Below are positions 63,772 to 64,000 of a stretch of DNA of 64,000 bases, piece after piece. Source of the DNA: Burkholderiaceae bacterium. Lineage in GTDB: Bacteria; Pseudomonadota; Gammaproteobacteria; Burkholderiales; Burkholderiaceae_E. The DNA lies in assembly GCA_044355655.1 (NCBI GenBank), contig JBIKXS010000008.1, forward strand, positions 23,054 to 87,053, in the 5' to 3' direction. The notes below the pieces were generated by a model. It was given only the letters and a program-made list of their open reading frames with translations, ran no database searches and was not told the DNA's origin. Numbering within the stretch: the stretch's first letter is position 1; every line of letters begins with the position of its first letter. A program made the position numbers and the translations under genes.

Positions 63772-64000
63772 ATGTCATCTCGCCCCGAAGAATCAAGTAC
63801 CGAACAATCGCTGCATAGCTCACAGATGGTAATTGGCTCTGAAGGGGCCCAGCTCAGCGCAGTTTTTCTTCACTTCGTTGAAGCAACAAAAGCACTAGAA
63901 GTTTCCCAGCAAGCCCTTTCGGCAGAGATCCATCGGCTTACCGACGATTTAGCGAAATCGAATGCAAATCTTAAGCAACAGATTGAAGCGAAAGGGCGGA
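63772..64000 (+). CDS. FleS/FlrB-like sensor histidine kinase, N-terminal fragment (runs off the right edge)
   Basis: Translation: MSSRPEESSTEQSLHSSQMVIGSEGAQLSAVFLHFVEATKALEVSQQALSAEIHRLTDDLAKSNANLKQQIEAKGR. The L..F..F.....L.....L......L..L coiled-coil N-terminus resembles flagellar NtrB-type kinases as I remember them. The gene is divergent from fliF. Confidence 0.45.
   Translation, partial: MSSRPEESSTEQSLHSSQMVIGSEGAQLSAVFLHFVEATKALEVSQQALSAEIHRLTDDLAKSNANLKQQIEAKGR

Overview
This 64-kb window looks betaproteobacterial, with Burkholderiales-like gene order (ilvB/ECF-sigma/DUF3619/DUF3106/RDD, clpB, hom-thrC-moeA-moaDE, rpsF-priB-rpsR-rplI-dnaB). That taxonomic call rests on remembered synteny only. 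I recognised no rRNA, tRNA, CRISPR array, IS element, integrase or prophage genes.

Positions 1-35 kb are ordinary housekeeping genes. The one oddity is a set of short A+C-rich tandem repeats (11-33 bp units) in several intergenic regions. Two of them run into coding sequence: the Nth C-terminus and the ArgA N-terminus.

Positions 35-63.6 kb are a single co-directional minus-strand flagellar supercluster: fliF-fliHIJ-fliKLMN-fliO/P-fliQR, two unknown genes, flgBCDEFGHIJKL, motAB, three unknown genes, flhB. I found two canonical sigma54 promoters, in front of flgB and fliK. A divergent FleS/FlrB-like kinase gene starts at the right edge.

The cluster departs from the textbook layout in several ways:
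- No fliG between fliF and fliH. fliE, flhA, flgA and flagellin are also absent from the window.
- FliO and FliP are fused in one reading frame.
- FlgJ has only the rod-binding domain.
- MotB carries a tail of about 150 aa.

The best candidates for undescribed biology are five embedded accessory genes:
- A secreted alpha-carbonic-anhydrase-fold protein with two of three zinc-ligand histidines replaced, paired with a Cys-rich lipoprotein between fliR and flgB.
- A Sel1-repeat / small membrane protein / Sel1-repeat lipoprotein trio fused into the motAB operon, possibly MotX-like or other periplasmic stator-scaffold components.

All functional assignments come from reading the translations by eye. 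No searches were run.
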